IMG/VR virus record: IMGVR_UViG_645951848_000002
Strand: one strand, 5' to 3'
Origin: a virus
Taxonomy: Duplodnaviria; Heunggongvirae; Uroviricota; Caudoviricetes
Length of the DNA stretch: 64,000 nucleotides
Shown: in pieces, positions 47,148 through 55,155 of the stretch
Position numbering within the stretch: position 1 is the first letter of the stretch
Layout: each line of letters starts with the position of its first letter
Position numbers and translations under genes: made by a program
Notes under the pieces: model-generated
Told to the model about the DNA's origin: nothing
Database searches by the model: none
What the model saw: only the letters and a program-made list of their open reading frames with translations

Positions 47148-47593
47148 TTTATATCTCCATTAATCACATTACATTTTCCAGATATTTTATTTGCATTTAT
47201 ATCGCCATTTGTTATAGTTACATCATTTCTAACATCATTACAAGTAACAGTACCATTTATTAATTTTATGTTATATACATTTCCATTTACACTTACAGTT
47301 TCACAACTATCAATACTTATAAAATTTTTATCTCCATATATTTCTATTTTTATATTTTTTTCTTCTATATTCTTTAAGTTTTCTATAAAAGAACCATTTA
47401 TATAAATTTTATTATTTGAAATTGTTAAATTTCCAGAAGAAATATTATTATATTTTTTTCCATTTATAATTATTTGATTTTTTACGCTAGCGGAATTTTT
47501 ATCATTTTTATTTTTTATATTATTCTCATTTTTAATTTCTTTTTTATTTTCAAAAATATTTATATTTAAGATTCTTTTTAAAAATTCAAACAT
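47135..47593 (-). CDS. putative bactofilin-like (DUF583) beta-helical repeat protein; contains GC-motif copy 5 in-frame
   Basis: The C-terminal half has repeated short beta-strand units: VSVNGNVYNIKLINGTVTCNDVRNDVTITNGDINANKISGKCNVINGDIKC. These are reminiscent of bactofilin repeats. The assignment is tentative. Confidence 0.35.
   Translation of the reverse strand: MFEFLKRILNINIFENKKEIKNENNIKNKNDKNSASVKNQIIINGKKYNNISSGNLTISNNKIYINGSFIENLKNIEEKNIKIEIYGDKNFISIDSCETVSVNGNVYNIKLINGTVTCNDVRNDVTITNGDINANKISGKCNVINGDIKCLN
47482..47497. promoter_or_regulatory. GC-rich palindromic motif, copy 5 (TTACGCTAGCGGAATT), intragenic
   Basis: Lies about 100 nt inside ORF 47135..47593 and codes KNSASVK. Confidence 0.4.
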
Positions 47594-47596
47594 AAA

Positions 47597-47854
47597 TTAC
47601 CTCCAAAACAAAAATAATGTAAAAGATGTTATAAAAATAATTACTAAGAAAACTATTATTTTTTTATATTTTTTTATTTTTTTAAATAACAATTTATTTT
47701 TAAATGTTGTTTTTTCATCTTCCCCATAATATTCTATATTTTCTTTTAATTCATCTTTTAGATCTTGATAATCTACTAATATAATTCCTAATATAGTTGA
47801 ACTAATTAAAGATAAAAGCATAAGTATTTCTTTTATTAATAAATATCGAATCAT
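47597..47854 (-). CDS. small 2-TM membrane protein (85 aa)
   Basis: Hydrophobic ORF. Confidence 0.45.
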   Translation of the reverse strand: MIRYLLIKEILMLLSLISSTILGIILVDYQDLKDELKENIEYYGEDEKTTFKNKLLFKKIKKYKKIIVFLVIIFITSFTLFLFWR

Positions 47855-47868
47855 TTGATTTTCCTTTC

Positions 47869-47902
47869 AATTAAAAAATAGAGTGAAAAAATTCACTCTA
47901 TT
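47869..47902 (-). terminator. rho-independent terminator after the SPFH gene
   Basis: Perfect 11-bp stem AATAGAGTGAA/TTCACTCTATT with loop AAAA, followed on the minus strand by a T-run. Confidence 0.7.
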
Positions 47903-48710
47903 CATCTAATTTAATCAATGTACTTCCATTATTTCCCTGAACCTGTGGAAGTTTTCCATCCCATTTTTCAATAGCCATCTTTCTTAAAAGTTGAGGAGTT
48001 AACGAATTACTTTCAATAGAATTAGCTTTTGCTTGTAATTCTTTTTGCTTTAATTCATATTCAGCCAATTTAACTTTATTTTCTTGTTCTACAAGTAATT
48101 TAGCTTGTTCTGCCTTTGCTTTTTCAACTGATTGTTCAGCAACTTTTTTACCTTCTATTGCTTTCTCATATTCATCTGAAAAATCATGATTAACAATAGA
48201 TACGTTACTTACTGATATTCCATATTGTGCAAAATCATCTTTTAAATCTTCAAATATCAATTTTGAAATTTCAGCTCTTTTACTTACGAACTCTTCTATA
48301 GTATATTTAGCTATTGTAGCTTGGACAATTTCTTTAACTCTTGGTCTAATGAATCTATTTTCATATTTTGTTCCAAAAGCTCGGTATAATTTTTCTGGAT
48401 CAGAAATATTAGCCTGAACCGAAAATTCTAATTTAATTGATTGCATATCCTTAGTTGAAACTTCTAAAGTAGTATCTTGCTCTTCTGTTTTTCCAAATAT
48501 GTACGATCTTTCTCTAGTTTCTAAGAATACCTTAGATTGTATTAAAGGAAATTTAAAGTGTAATCCTTCACCTTCAACTTTATCCAATTTACCATTTGTG
48601 CTAATAATAGCTACTTCTCCAGTATTAACAGTATAACAGTTTGTTAATCCTGTTCCTAAAATTAATGCAAATAATACTCCTAATAATATATGTTTTAGTT
48701 TAATGTTCAT
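47898..48710 (-). CDS. SPFH/Band-7 (stomatin/flotillin/HflK-like) membrane protein
   Basis: N-terminal TM helix followed by YTVNTGEVAIISTNGKLDKVEGEGLHFKFPLIQSKVFLETRERSY, the SPFH domain start. The C-terminus is a coiled coil (EKAKAEQAKLLVEQENKVKLAEYELKQ). Confidence 0.75.
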   Translation of the reverse strand: MNIKLKHILLGVLFALILGTGLTNCYTVNTGEVAIISTNGKLDKVEGEGLHFKFPLIQSKVFLETRERSYIFGKTEEQDTTLEVSTKDMQSIKLEFSVQANISDPEKLYRAFGTKYENRFIRPRVKEIVQATIAKYTIEEFVSKRAEISKLIFEDLKDDFAQYGISVSNVSIVNHDFSDEYEKAIEGKKVAEQSVEKAKAEQAKLLVEQENKVKLAEYELKQKELQAKANSIESNSLTPQLLRKMAIEKWDGKLPQVQGNNGSTLIKLDE

Positions 48711-48720
48711 TTCTTCTCCT

Positions 48721-49119
48721 TTAAAAAAATATTTTTATTTTAATAATTTTAAATCTAATTCTATGATAATCAATTTCTTCTAATTTTTTAATTTTTAACA
48801 AAATTTCAATTTCTTTTTTAAAATTTTTAAATATTTTTCCGTATATATATTTTAACTTATTTTTTTTTACTTTTTTTCTTTTTGAAATTTTATACAAAAG
48901 AATTATTTCTTCTAAATGAAAAATATCCTTAATACTTGTAAAATAATCTAAATATTTTTTATTTATAATTTCTCCATTTTCTTTTTCTATTATAACTATA
49001 ATACTAACTAATAAATTTAATTTTGTTTTTATCTTAATAAAATCAAAAAATAAATAAAAAAAAGAAATTATTGAAAAAATAATAATTAAAAAAATAATTA
49101 TAAATAATTTAAAAATCAT
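48721..49119 (-). CDS. small membrane protein (132 aa)
   Basis: Hydrophobic N-terminus with a basic C-terminus. Confidence 0.45.
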   Translation of the reverse strand: MIFKLFIIIFLIIIFSIISFFYLFFDFIKIKTKLNLLVSIIVIIEKENGEIINKKYLDYFTSIKDIFHLEEIILLYKISKRKKVKKNKLKYIYGKIFKNFKKEIEILLKIKKLEEIDYHRIRFKIIKIKIFF

Positions 49120-49456
49120 AAAATCTATCTACCTTTTTAATACTTGTTATTTCTATATTATTATCTTGAATTAAGATATATTTGAATTTATATATATTTC
49201 TTAATTCTTTATCAATTTCAATTCTTATAATTGAATTTAGTAATTCTCCTTTATAATTTTTTGTATTAAAAATAGAATATCTTGAAGATCTCTTATAAAC
49301 GCAAAAAAAATATTCACGATATCTATCTTTATATTTAAAATAACATGAACCTGTAATTTGAAAAGTTATATTTTTAAAAGAATAAAATAAATCAACTATA
49401 ATAACAGCTAATAATAATAAAATCATAAAATTCATATTTTCACCTATACATGACAA
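49109..49456 (-). CDS. membrane protein, possible NfeD-like partner of the SPFH protein
   Basis: N-terminal TM helix plus a C-terminal beta-rich domain (FQITGSCYFKY...IIRIEID...YILIQDNNIEITSIKKV), directly upstream of the SPFH gene as in SPFH-NfeD operons. Inference. Confidence 0.35.
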   Translation of the reverse strand: MSCIGENMNFMILLLLAVIIVDLFYSFKNITFQITGSCYFKYKDRYREYFFCVYKRSSRYSIFNTKNYKGELLNSIIRIEIDKELRNIYKFKYILIQDNNIEITSIKKVDRFYDF

Positions 49457-50163
49457 TCCAAAACAGTTATATAATATTCTGGATATTCTTTTTGTAATTC
49501 TTTTAATTTTTCTATTAAAGGTTCTTTTTTTGGAGTATCAAATATTTTATAATCTTCTGGCCAGACTATGTACTGTATCCCAGATAAATTATAATCTTTA
49601 TATTTATCAATAAAATCTTCTTTAGTTAATTGTTCTGATTCTATTATTCTTTTATAATATTCAAAATCATTTTTTTCTTCTTTTTTTTTACAAATATAAT
49701 TTTCATCATATAATTTATCCCATATTTCAGAAAAATATTTAATGAATCCAGTTTCTTCAAAATTTAAATCTTTTAATTTAAAACTTGTAATAACTTCATT
49801 ATTTTTGTTACTTAACGTAATCTTCCAACGTCCTCCAATTTCATACCAATCATAAAAACTATTAGGATTACTTAAATATCCATATTTTTCACCATTTTCT
49901 ATTTCATAAGTTTCATAACCAAATTCTTTATAGGCATAATCAGAAAGGCTAGGATATTTTTTTAAAAAATCTTTTATTTCAAAACTAAATTTACCATTAT
50001 TTTTTTCAATTTCATTTATTTTTTCAATGTATTCTTCAATTACTTCATCTGTATAATCTTCTAATTTAAGATATTTTTCGCTATATTCAGAATATTTGTC
50101 CATCTCTTCATAAATAGCATCTTCAGAATTATCTTCTGAAATTAATAAACAACCAAAATGCAT
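49444..50163 (-). CDS. hypothetical protein (239 aa)
   Basis: ORF only. Confidence 0.5.
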   Translation of the reverse strand: MHFGCLLISEDNSEDAIYEEMDKYSEYSEKYLKLEDYTDEVIEEYIEKINEIEKNNGKFSFEIKDFLKKYPSLSDYAYKEFGYETYEIENGEKYGYLSNPNSFYDWYEIGGRWKITLSNKNNEVITSFKLKDLNFEETGFIKYFSEIWDKLYDENYICKKKEEKNDFEYYKRIIESEQLTKEDFIDKYKDYNLSGIQYIVWPEDYKIFDTPKKEPLIEKLKELQKEYPEYYITVLDCHV

Positions 50164-50176
50164 TATTTCCTCCTTT

Positions 50177-50962
50177 TTATAATATAAATTTTATTGTTAT
50201 AAATTCTTTTAAAATAGCAAAATGATATTTAGATTCAACATATTCAATATTAGGCTTGATAAAACTTTTTAGATATAATTTAGTGTTTTTGTTAAAACAA
50301 ATACAACAACCTCTAAACATATCTTTTAATTCTTTATATGAAATATTATTTATTTCTATTTTAAATCCTTGAAAATGTCTATTAATATAATTAAAATCAT
50401 TCATTTCTTTAATTTTATTAAATTCATCAATAAAGTTTTGTTTTTCTATATTTTCATTAGATAATAAAATATTATTAGATAGAATTTCTAATGATTCTTC
50501 TAATGTTTTATTTTTATTTTTTTCAAGATTAAAATTAATTTCAAATAATATTTTTTTAAATTTAGTATTATTAAGTTTTTCCAAAGTCTTGTCTTCAACT
50601 TTATAATTTATTAATTTAAAAATTTCATGAACAGAAACGAATACAAATTCTTTTTTTAATAATTTTTGTAATAAAATATTAGCTAATTCATGTAATAGTA
50701 ATATTCCAGATAAAAACTCATTTGATTTAACATCTCTTTCAATTTCTTCAAAATTTACACTTAACGATTTTATTTTAATTTCTTTATTAGAAGTATCATA
50801 ATGTTTAGCAAATTCTGATATTAAGTATGTTTCATTAAAAGAATCTTGTTTTGGTAAATTACCATTTAAATCTTTTGCAACTTCCCCTTTATCATTTAAA
50901 TATTTTTTAATTTCTTTATTAATAAATTCTTTTAAATATTTTTTATTTATCATTATCAACAC
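50177..50962 (-). CDS. hypothetical protein (261 aa)
   Basis: ORF only. Confidence 0.5.
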   Translation of the reverse strand: MLIMINKKYLKEFINKEIKKYLNDKGEVAKDLNGNLPKQDSFNETYLISEFAKHYDTSNKEIKIKSLSVNFEEIERDVKSNEFLSGILLLHELANILLQKLLKKEFVFVSVHEIFKLINYKVEDKTLEKLNNTKFKKILFEINFNLEKNKNKTLEESLEILSNNILLSNENIEKQNFIDEFNKIKEMNDFNYINRHFQGFKIEINNISYKELKDMFRGCCICFNKNTKLYLKSFIKPNIEYVESKYHFAILKEFITIKFIL

Positions 50963-51651
50963 TCTTCTTGGAATAATTGTATTAATTTTTTAAATAATTG
51001 TTTATCATAATTGTAGTAAAACTCTTCTTTTTTATTTTTATCATTTTCAATTGTTTTATTTATATTTATTAATATATCTTCTAATTCTGCTATTAATTCT
51101 GGATATTTTTTGCATGATTCTTTAAAAAGTTTTTCATTGTTTTCTTTTTCTTTTCTTAAATTTAAAATTAATTCTTTTTCTTCTTCCGAAAGATGAATTT
51201 CATTTTTGTCATAATTTTCTAATCCAAGAATATAAGATGGATTTACTTTATATATTTCTGCTAGTTTGTTTATATTATCAATTGGTATATTTGTAATATC
51301 TGTATTTTCATATTTTAATATTGTAGAAGAGGTTATATTTAAAAAATCAGCTACTTTCTTTAATGATAAATTATTTTCAATCCTTAGTGTTTTTAATTTA
51401 TTTGCTATTTCAATTTCTTTTAATGTTGCTTTTTTCTTTTTTCTTGAAAAGTTAATATCATTTAAAAGTTCTTTTATATCAACTTGTAAAATTTCAGATA
51501 AAAGAATTAATTTGTCAATTCTCATATTTTTTATCTCTTCATTTTCATATCTTGAAATTGAACTTTCTGAAACATTAAGTTTTTTAGCAATATCTTTTAA
51601 AGAAAGATTTAATTTTTTTCTTCTTTTTTTTATTATTTCTCCTATACTCAT
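50956..51651 (-). CDS. transcriptional regulator with two tandem XRE-type helix-turn-helix domains
   Basis: The first HTH is IKKRRKKLNLSLKDIAKKLNVSESSISRYENEE. The second is LKTLRIENNLSLKKVADFLNITSSTILKYENTD. Both follow the Cro/CI pattern. Confidence 0.75.
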   Translation of the reverse strand: MSIGEIIKKRRKKLNLSLKDIAKKLNVSESSISRYENEEIKNMRIDKLILLSEILQVDIKELLNDINFSRKKKKATLKEIEIANKLKTLRIENNLSLKKVADFLNITSSTILKYENTDITNIPIDNINKLAEIYKVNPSYILGLENYDKNEIHLSEEEKELILNLRKEKENNEKLFKESCKKYPELIAELEDILININKTIENDKNKKEEFYYNYDKQLFKKLIQLFQEEC

Positions 51652-51653
51652 AA

Positions 51654-51974
51654 TTATTCATCTCTAAATCTTAATAAATTTTCAGTTGATTTTATCGCTA
51701 ATTCTTCTTCACTATTAGCACCATCATCATACCAATCAATATAAGCAAATAATTTTTTTAATTCATCTGAAAAGTTAGTATTTATTTCAATTTCATCTTG
51801 CATTGATTCACTTTGTTTAATTTCATCAAGATAACAATCATATAATTCTTCTAATTTTTTAGTATATATTCCAGTAATTTTAGCTTCGTTTAAAAAATGA
51901 ATTCTTTTATTTTTTAAAGCTATGTCTATTAAAATTTCTTCTTTTGTTTTTTGTTTGGTTTCTAATTTTTTCAT
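51654..51974 (-). CDS. hypothetical protein (106 aa)
   Basis: ORF only. Confidence 0.45.
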   Translation of the reverse strand: MKKLETKQKTKEEILIDIALKNKRIHFLNEAKITGIYTKKLEELYDCYLDEIKQSESMQDEIEINTNFSDELKKLFAYIDWYDDGANSEEELAIKSTENLLRFRDE

Positions 51975-52156
51975 TTTTTTCTCCTTTTATCTATTTTTAA
52001 TAAATTTAATTTGCTCTAATAATTCTGGATATTTTAATTTGAATTCTTTTATTCTTTTAAATTCTTCTATTGAATATTCTTCTCCTTTCATTAATCTTTC
52101 AATTATTTCTGGTACATCATAATAAAATTTAGATATTTTTTTTAGTTCAAACATTT

Positions 52157-52651
52157 TCAAATCTCCTTATTAAATCTTTTAATGTCTATGAAATCAGAGA
52201 TTGATAATCCTCTAGCTTCATATGGATATTTTTCCTCATAAAGCCATTCATTGCAATTTTCTCTAAAATTTTCTATTATATCTGACATATTTAAAAGTTT
52301 ATATTCTAGATCTTTTAAATTATTTATTTTACTATTTTCTGAAAATGTTCTATTTTCTTTTTCATAAAAAATATCTATTGAATAAAAATTAAATTCATTA
52401 TCATCTAAACAATTAGAATAAAATAATTGAAGAAATGGATTTAAATTATAAAATTCCTTTTCCCATTTATAAACTATTTTTTCTTTAAAAAATAAGAATA
52501 ATAAATCTGCTAAATAATCATTTTCTAATTCCTCAACAATTTCTAGTTTTTCATTAAATATAATTAGATTCCATTTTGAAGTATTAATTCTATATTCTAA
52601 TGAAAATTTTAATTTATCTAATTCTTTTAAACATTTTTTTATAGTTTTCAC
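52157..52651 (-). CDS. hypothetical protein (164 aa)
   Basis: ORF only. Confidence 0.5.
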   Translation of the reverse strand: MKTIKKCLKELDKLKFSLEYRINTSKWNLIIFNEKLEIVEELENDYLADLLFLFFKEKIVYKWEKEFYNLNPFLQLFYSNCLDDNEFNFYSIDIFYEKENRTFSENSKINNLKDLEYKLLNMSDIIENFRENCNEWLYEEKYPYEARGLSISDFIDIKRFNKEI

Positions 52652-52953
52652 AACACCACCTCATAAAAACTTTCTGTAAAAATATCTTTTAAATTTTTAT
52701 TTATAAGAATAAATATTTTGGGATTTTTAATAAAATATGAATCTGTATACAAATATTGAATTTCATTTTTTAAATAAGATTTATGTTTAGCAAATAAAAT
52801 TGTGCAACATTCTTTTAATTGCATATATTTTTTTATACTTAACTCTGGATATTTAAAAATAATACAATCAATAAAAAAACCATTTTTTAAAAAAAATCTT
52901 CTTTTTTGATATTTAAATTGTTTTCCTATTATTCTTATAAAATCATTTTCCAT
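52648..52953 (-). CDS. hypothetical protein (101 aa)
   Basis: ORF with a 4-nt overlap. Confidence 0.45.
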   Translation of the reverse strand: MENDFIRIIGKQFKYQKRRFFLKNGFFIDCIIFKYPELSIKKYMQLKECCTILFAKHKSYLKNEIQYLYTDSYFIKNPKIFILINKNLKDIFTESFYEVVL

Positions 52954-52970
52954 CTTCCATAAAACTCCTT

Positions 52971-53001
52971 TATAAAAAAAGGAACTTTTTTAAGTTCCTT
53001 T
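52971..53001 (-). terminator. rho-independent terminator after dut
   Basis: AAGGAACTT-TTTT-AAGTTCCTT hairpin, followed on the minus strand by T7. Confidence 0.65.
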
Positions 53002-53040
53002 TACGAATTATTAAATTACGAATTATATTAAAACGAAGTA

Positions 53041-53484
53041 TTATTTTGTTCCAGTGCTTCCGAACCCGTTTGTTCCTCTATTTGATTCTCCAATATTATC
53101 TGTTATTTCCCAAGTTATTTGTTCTACTCTATTTAAAACCATTTGTGCAATTCTCATTCCAGGTTCAACTGTAAAAGTTTCTTTTCCTAAATTAGTAAGT
53201 ATAACACCTATTTCTCCTTTATAATCCGCATCTATTGTAGCGGGAGTATTCAACATAGTTAATTGATTTTTCAATGCTAAACCACTTCTTGGTCTTAATT
53301 GAATTTCATATCCATCTGGAATATCCAATTGTAATCCAGTAGGTATTAATTTTGTTTCTCCTACTTTTAATTCTATTGGTTCTTTATTATAAGAATAAAT
53401 ATCAGCTCCAGCTGATAATTCTGTTCCGTATTTTGGTAAATTTAAACCATCTTTCTTTAATACTCTTATTTTTACTTTGTTCAT
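53041..53484 (-). CDS. dut: dUTP diphosphatase (dUTPase)
   Basis: AGADIYS is motif 1. RPRSGL is motif 2. TIDADYKGEIGVIL is motif 3. RIAQMV is motif 4. C-terminal NRGTNGFGSTG is motif 5. Confidence 0.9.
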   Translation of the reverse strand: MNKVKIRVLKKDGLNLPKYGTELSAGADIYSYNKEPIELKVGETKLIPTGLQLDIPDGYEIQLRPRSGLALKNQLTMLNTPATIDADYKGEIGVILTNLGKETFTVEPGMRIAQMVLNRVEQITWEITDNIGESNRGTNGFGSTGTK

Positions 53485-53488
53485 TTTT

Positions 53489-53731
53489 TTATTTCTCCTT
53501 TATATTGTCTATTATATTGTCTATTAAATTTTCCATTTTTTTATTTATATTTTCTTCTTGATTTTTAATAAAATCTTGAAGTTTTTTTATTTCTTTTTCT
53601 GCAAATTCGTAAAAATCTTTATATGAATTAAGATTGCATATTTCAATTAATAATTTTTTATAATCTTCAGTTGTTATTTTTTTATTAAAAAAATTTTCTT
53701 TTATTTTTTTGAATTTTTCATTATCTATCAT
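53489..53731 (-). CDS. hypothetical protein (80 aa)
   Basis: ORF only. Confidence 0.4.
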   Translation of the reverse strand: MIDNEKFKKIKENFFNKKITTEDYKKLLIEICNLNSYKDFYEFAEKEIKKLQDFIKNQEENINKKMENLIDNIIDNIKEK

Positions 53732-53740
53732 TATTCACCT

Positions 53741-54760
53741 CTACAATTTTATTTCTATTCTGTCGTAGTCTTTTTGTTCTTTTATTCTATTTAAAGAATT
53801 TTTACTACTAGTATAATATTCGCAACAGGTCCTTCTTGCTTCACAATAATCACAATTATTTTCATAGAAGTTTTTTATTTGAATTTTATTTTGAATAATA
53901 GAAATAATTTTCATTAACTCTATATCCGGAAAAGAATGATCAAAATCTTTAAAATAATAAACAAGTCTTTTCATAGTAAGAGGATTATAAACTATGACAG
54001 AATTAATTGCAAACCAATTATCTAAAAAATATTTATTATATTCTGATTTATTTAATTGTTTGTTAAAATAATGAAATAAATTAGAGATCCAAAAATATTT
54101 TTGTTTCATTTCTTCCATAATGGTAAATGGTGACATCATAATAATATCAGCTAAATTATCTCCTATTTTATTTAAACTAAGTATATGATAATCCATATTA
54201 AAATTAGTTTCTGATAATTCTTTAAAATCTATTTTTGGAAGATTATTTATTATGTATGGATTCTTCATTTCACTTATTCTTTTTTCTAAATAATTACTTA
54301 TTTTTATTTTTATTTTAAAACAATTGTCAAATGAATTTTCCAAGTCTTTATCTAAAAATAAATTAATTAAATTTTCTAAATTATTAAATATATGTTGTTT
54401 TACTTCATCATAATCTTCTTGTTTCACACTAAGATTAGAAGCTAACTTTTTATTATTAATAATTGTTTTTTCTGTTATCAAAATAGCTATTTTTTTTAAT
54501 TGAGAATAATTTACTTTTTTTTCTTTGAACAAAGTTTGAAACATTTTAAAAAAAATAGATTTATAAATTTTATATTTAAGTAAATTATATTCAACAAAGT
54601 TATTAGGTATCCTAAACATTTCACTTTTACCGCTAACTTCGTTTCTTAAATCAAAAACAGAAGTTCTTTTCATAGATAACATACCTCTTTGTTGACATTT
54701 ATAAAATTTCATTAAATTAATATCATTTATTGTAATATCAGATTTCATTATTCTTCCCAC
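53741..54760 (-). CDS. hypothetical protein with a Cys cluster (N-terminal YKCQQ and C-terminal CDYCEARRTCC); possible Cas4-like PD-(D/E)xK nuclease
   Basis: A 1 + 3/4 Cys arrangement, typical of Cas4-family Fe-S nucleases. The assignment is tentative. Confidence 0.4.
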   Translation of the reverse strand: MGRIMKSDITINDINLMKFYKCQQRGMLSMKRTSVFDLRNEVSGKSEMFRIPNNFVEYNLLKYKIYKSIFFKMFQTLFKEKKVNYSQLKKIAILITEKTIINNKKLASNLSVKQEDYDEVKQHIFNNLENLINLFLDKDLENSFDNCFKIKIKISNYLEKRISEMKNPYIINNLPKIDFKELSETNFNMDYHILSLNKIGDNLADIIMMSPFTIMEEMKQKYFWISNLFHYFNKQLNKSEYNKYFLDNWFAINSVIVYNPLTMKRLVYYFKDFDHSFPDIELMKIISIIQNKIQIKNFYENNCDYCEARRTCCEYYTSSKNSLNRIKEQKDYDRIEIKL

Positions 54761-55056
54761 TTTTCATAAGAATTACAATCTTTACATTTATCATTTTCTT
54801 CAGTTTTTTCTTTTTTAAAAAATATTTTTTTTGTTATAAAATTTATAATTTCTTTTAAAAATACACTAATTATCAATAATAAAACTATTTGAAAAATCAC
54901 TTTAATATTTATCAAATAATATACTCCTAATCCTAAAATTAATATTTGGATTATATCTCCAATAGTTTCACTTTTTTCATTTTTTTCACATACATTTTTT
55001 AATCTAACAATTAGCATAAAAACTATAATTACAAAATATAAAATTTTTAAAAACAT
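54748..55056 (-). CDS. membrane protein (102 aa, 2–3 TM helices) with a C-terminal CxxC
   Basis: Hydrophobic ORF. GC-motif copy 6 lies 55 nt upstream of its start. Confidence 0.45.
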   Translation of the reverse strand: MFLKILYFVIIVFMLIVRLKNVCEKNEKSETIGDIIQILILGLGVYYLINIKVIFQIVLLLIISVFLKEIINFITKKIFFKKEKTEENDKCKDCNSYEKWEE

Positions 55057-55110
55057 AATATTCTCCTTTTATTTTTTTCTAATTATAATTTTTATTTTAT
55101 TAACTTTCAA

Positions 55111-55126
55111 TTCCGCCAGCGTAATT
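55111..55126. promoter_or_regulatory. GC-rich palindromic motif, copy 6 (TTCCGCCAGCGTAATT)
   Basis: Lies 55 nt upstream of the 55056 start, immediately after a terminator-like hairpin (GAGGAAGA-ATTAA-TCTTCCTC, 55138..55157) that ends the VWA gene. Confidence 0.5.
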
Positions 55127-55155
55127 AAATATAAAAGAGGAAGAATTAATCTTCC

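Noticed and set aside
5193-55126. The recurring GC-rich motif considered as a CRISPR repeat or as terminator hairpins.
   Set aside because: Copies are 7–15 kb apart with no regular spacer structure. The arms would form only a 6–8-bp stem with a 2-nt loop, which is too small for an RNA terminator. Most copies are upstream rather than downstream of genes.
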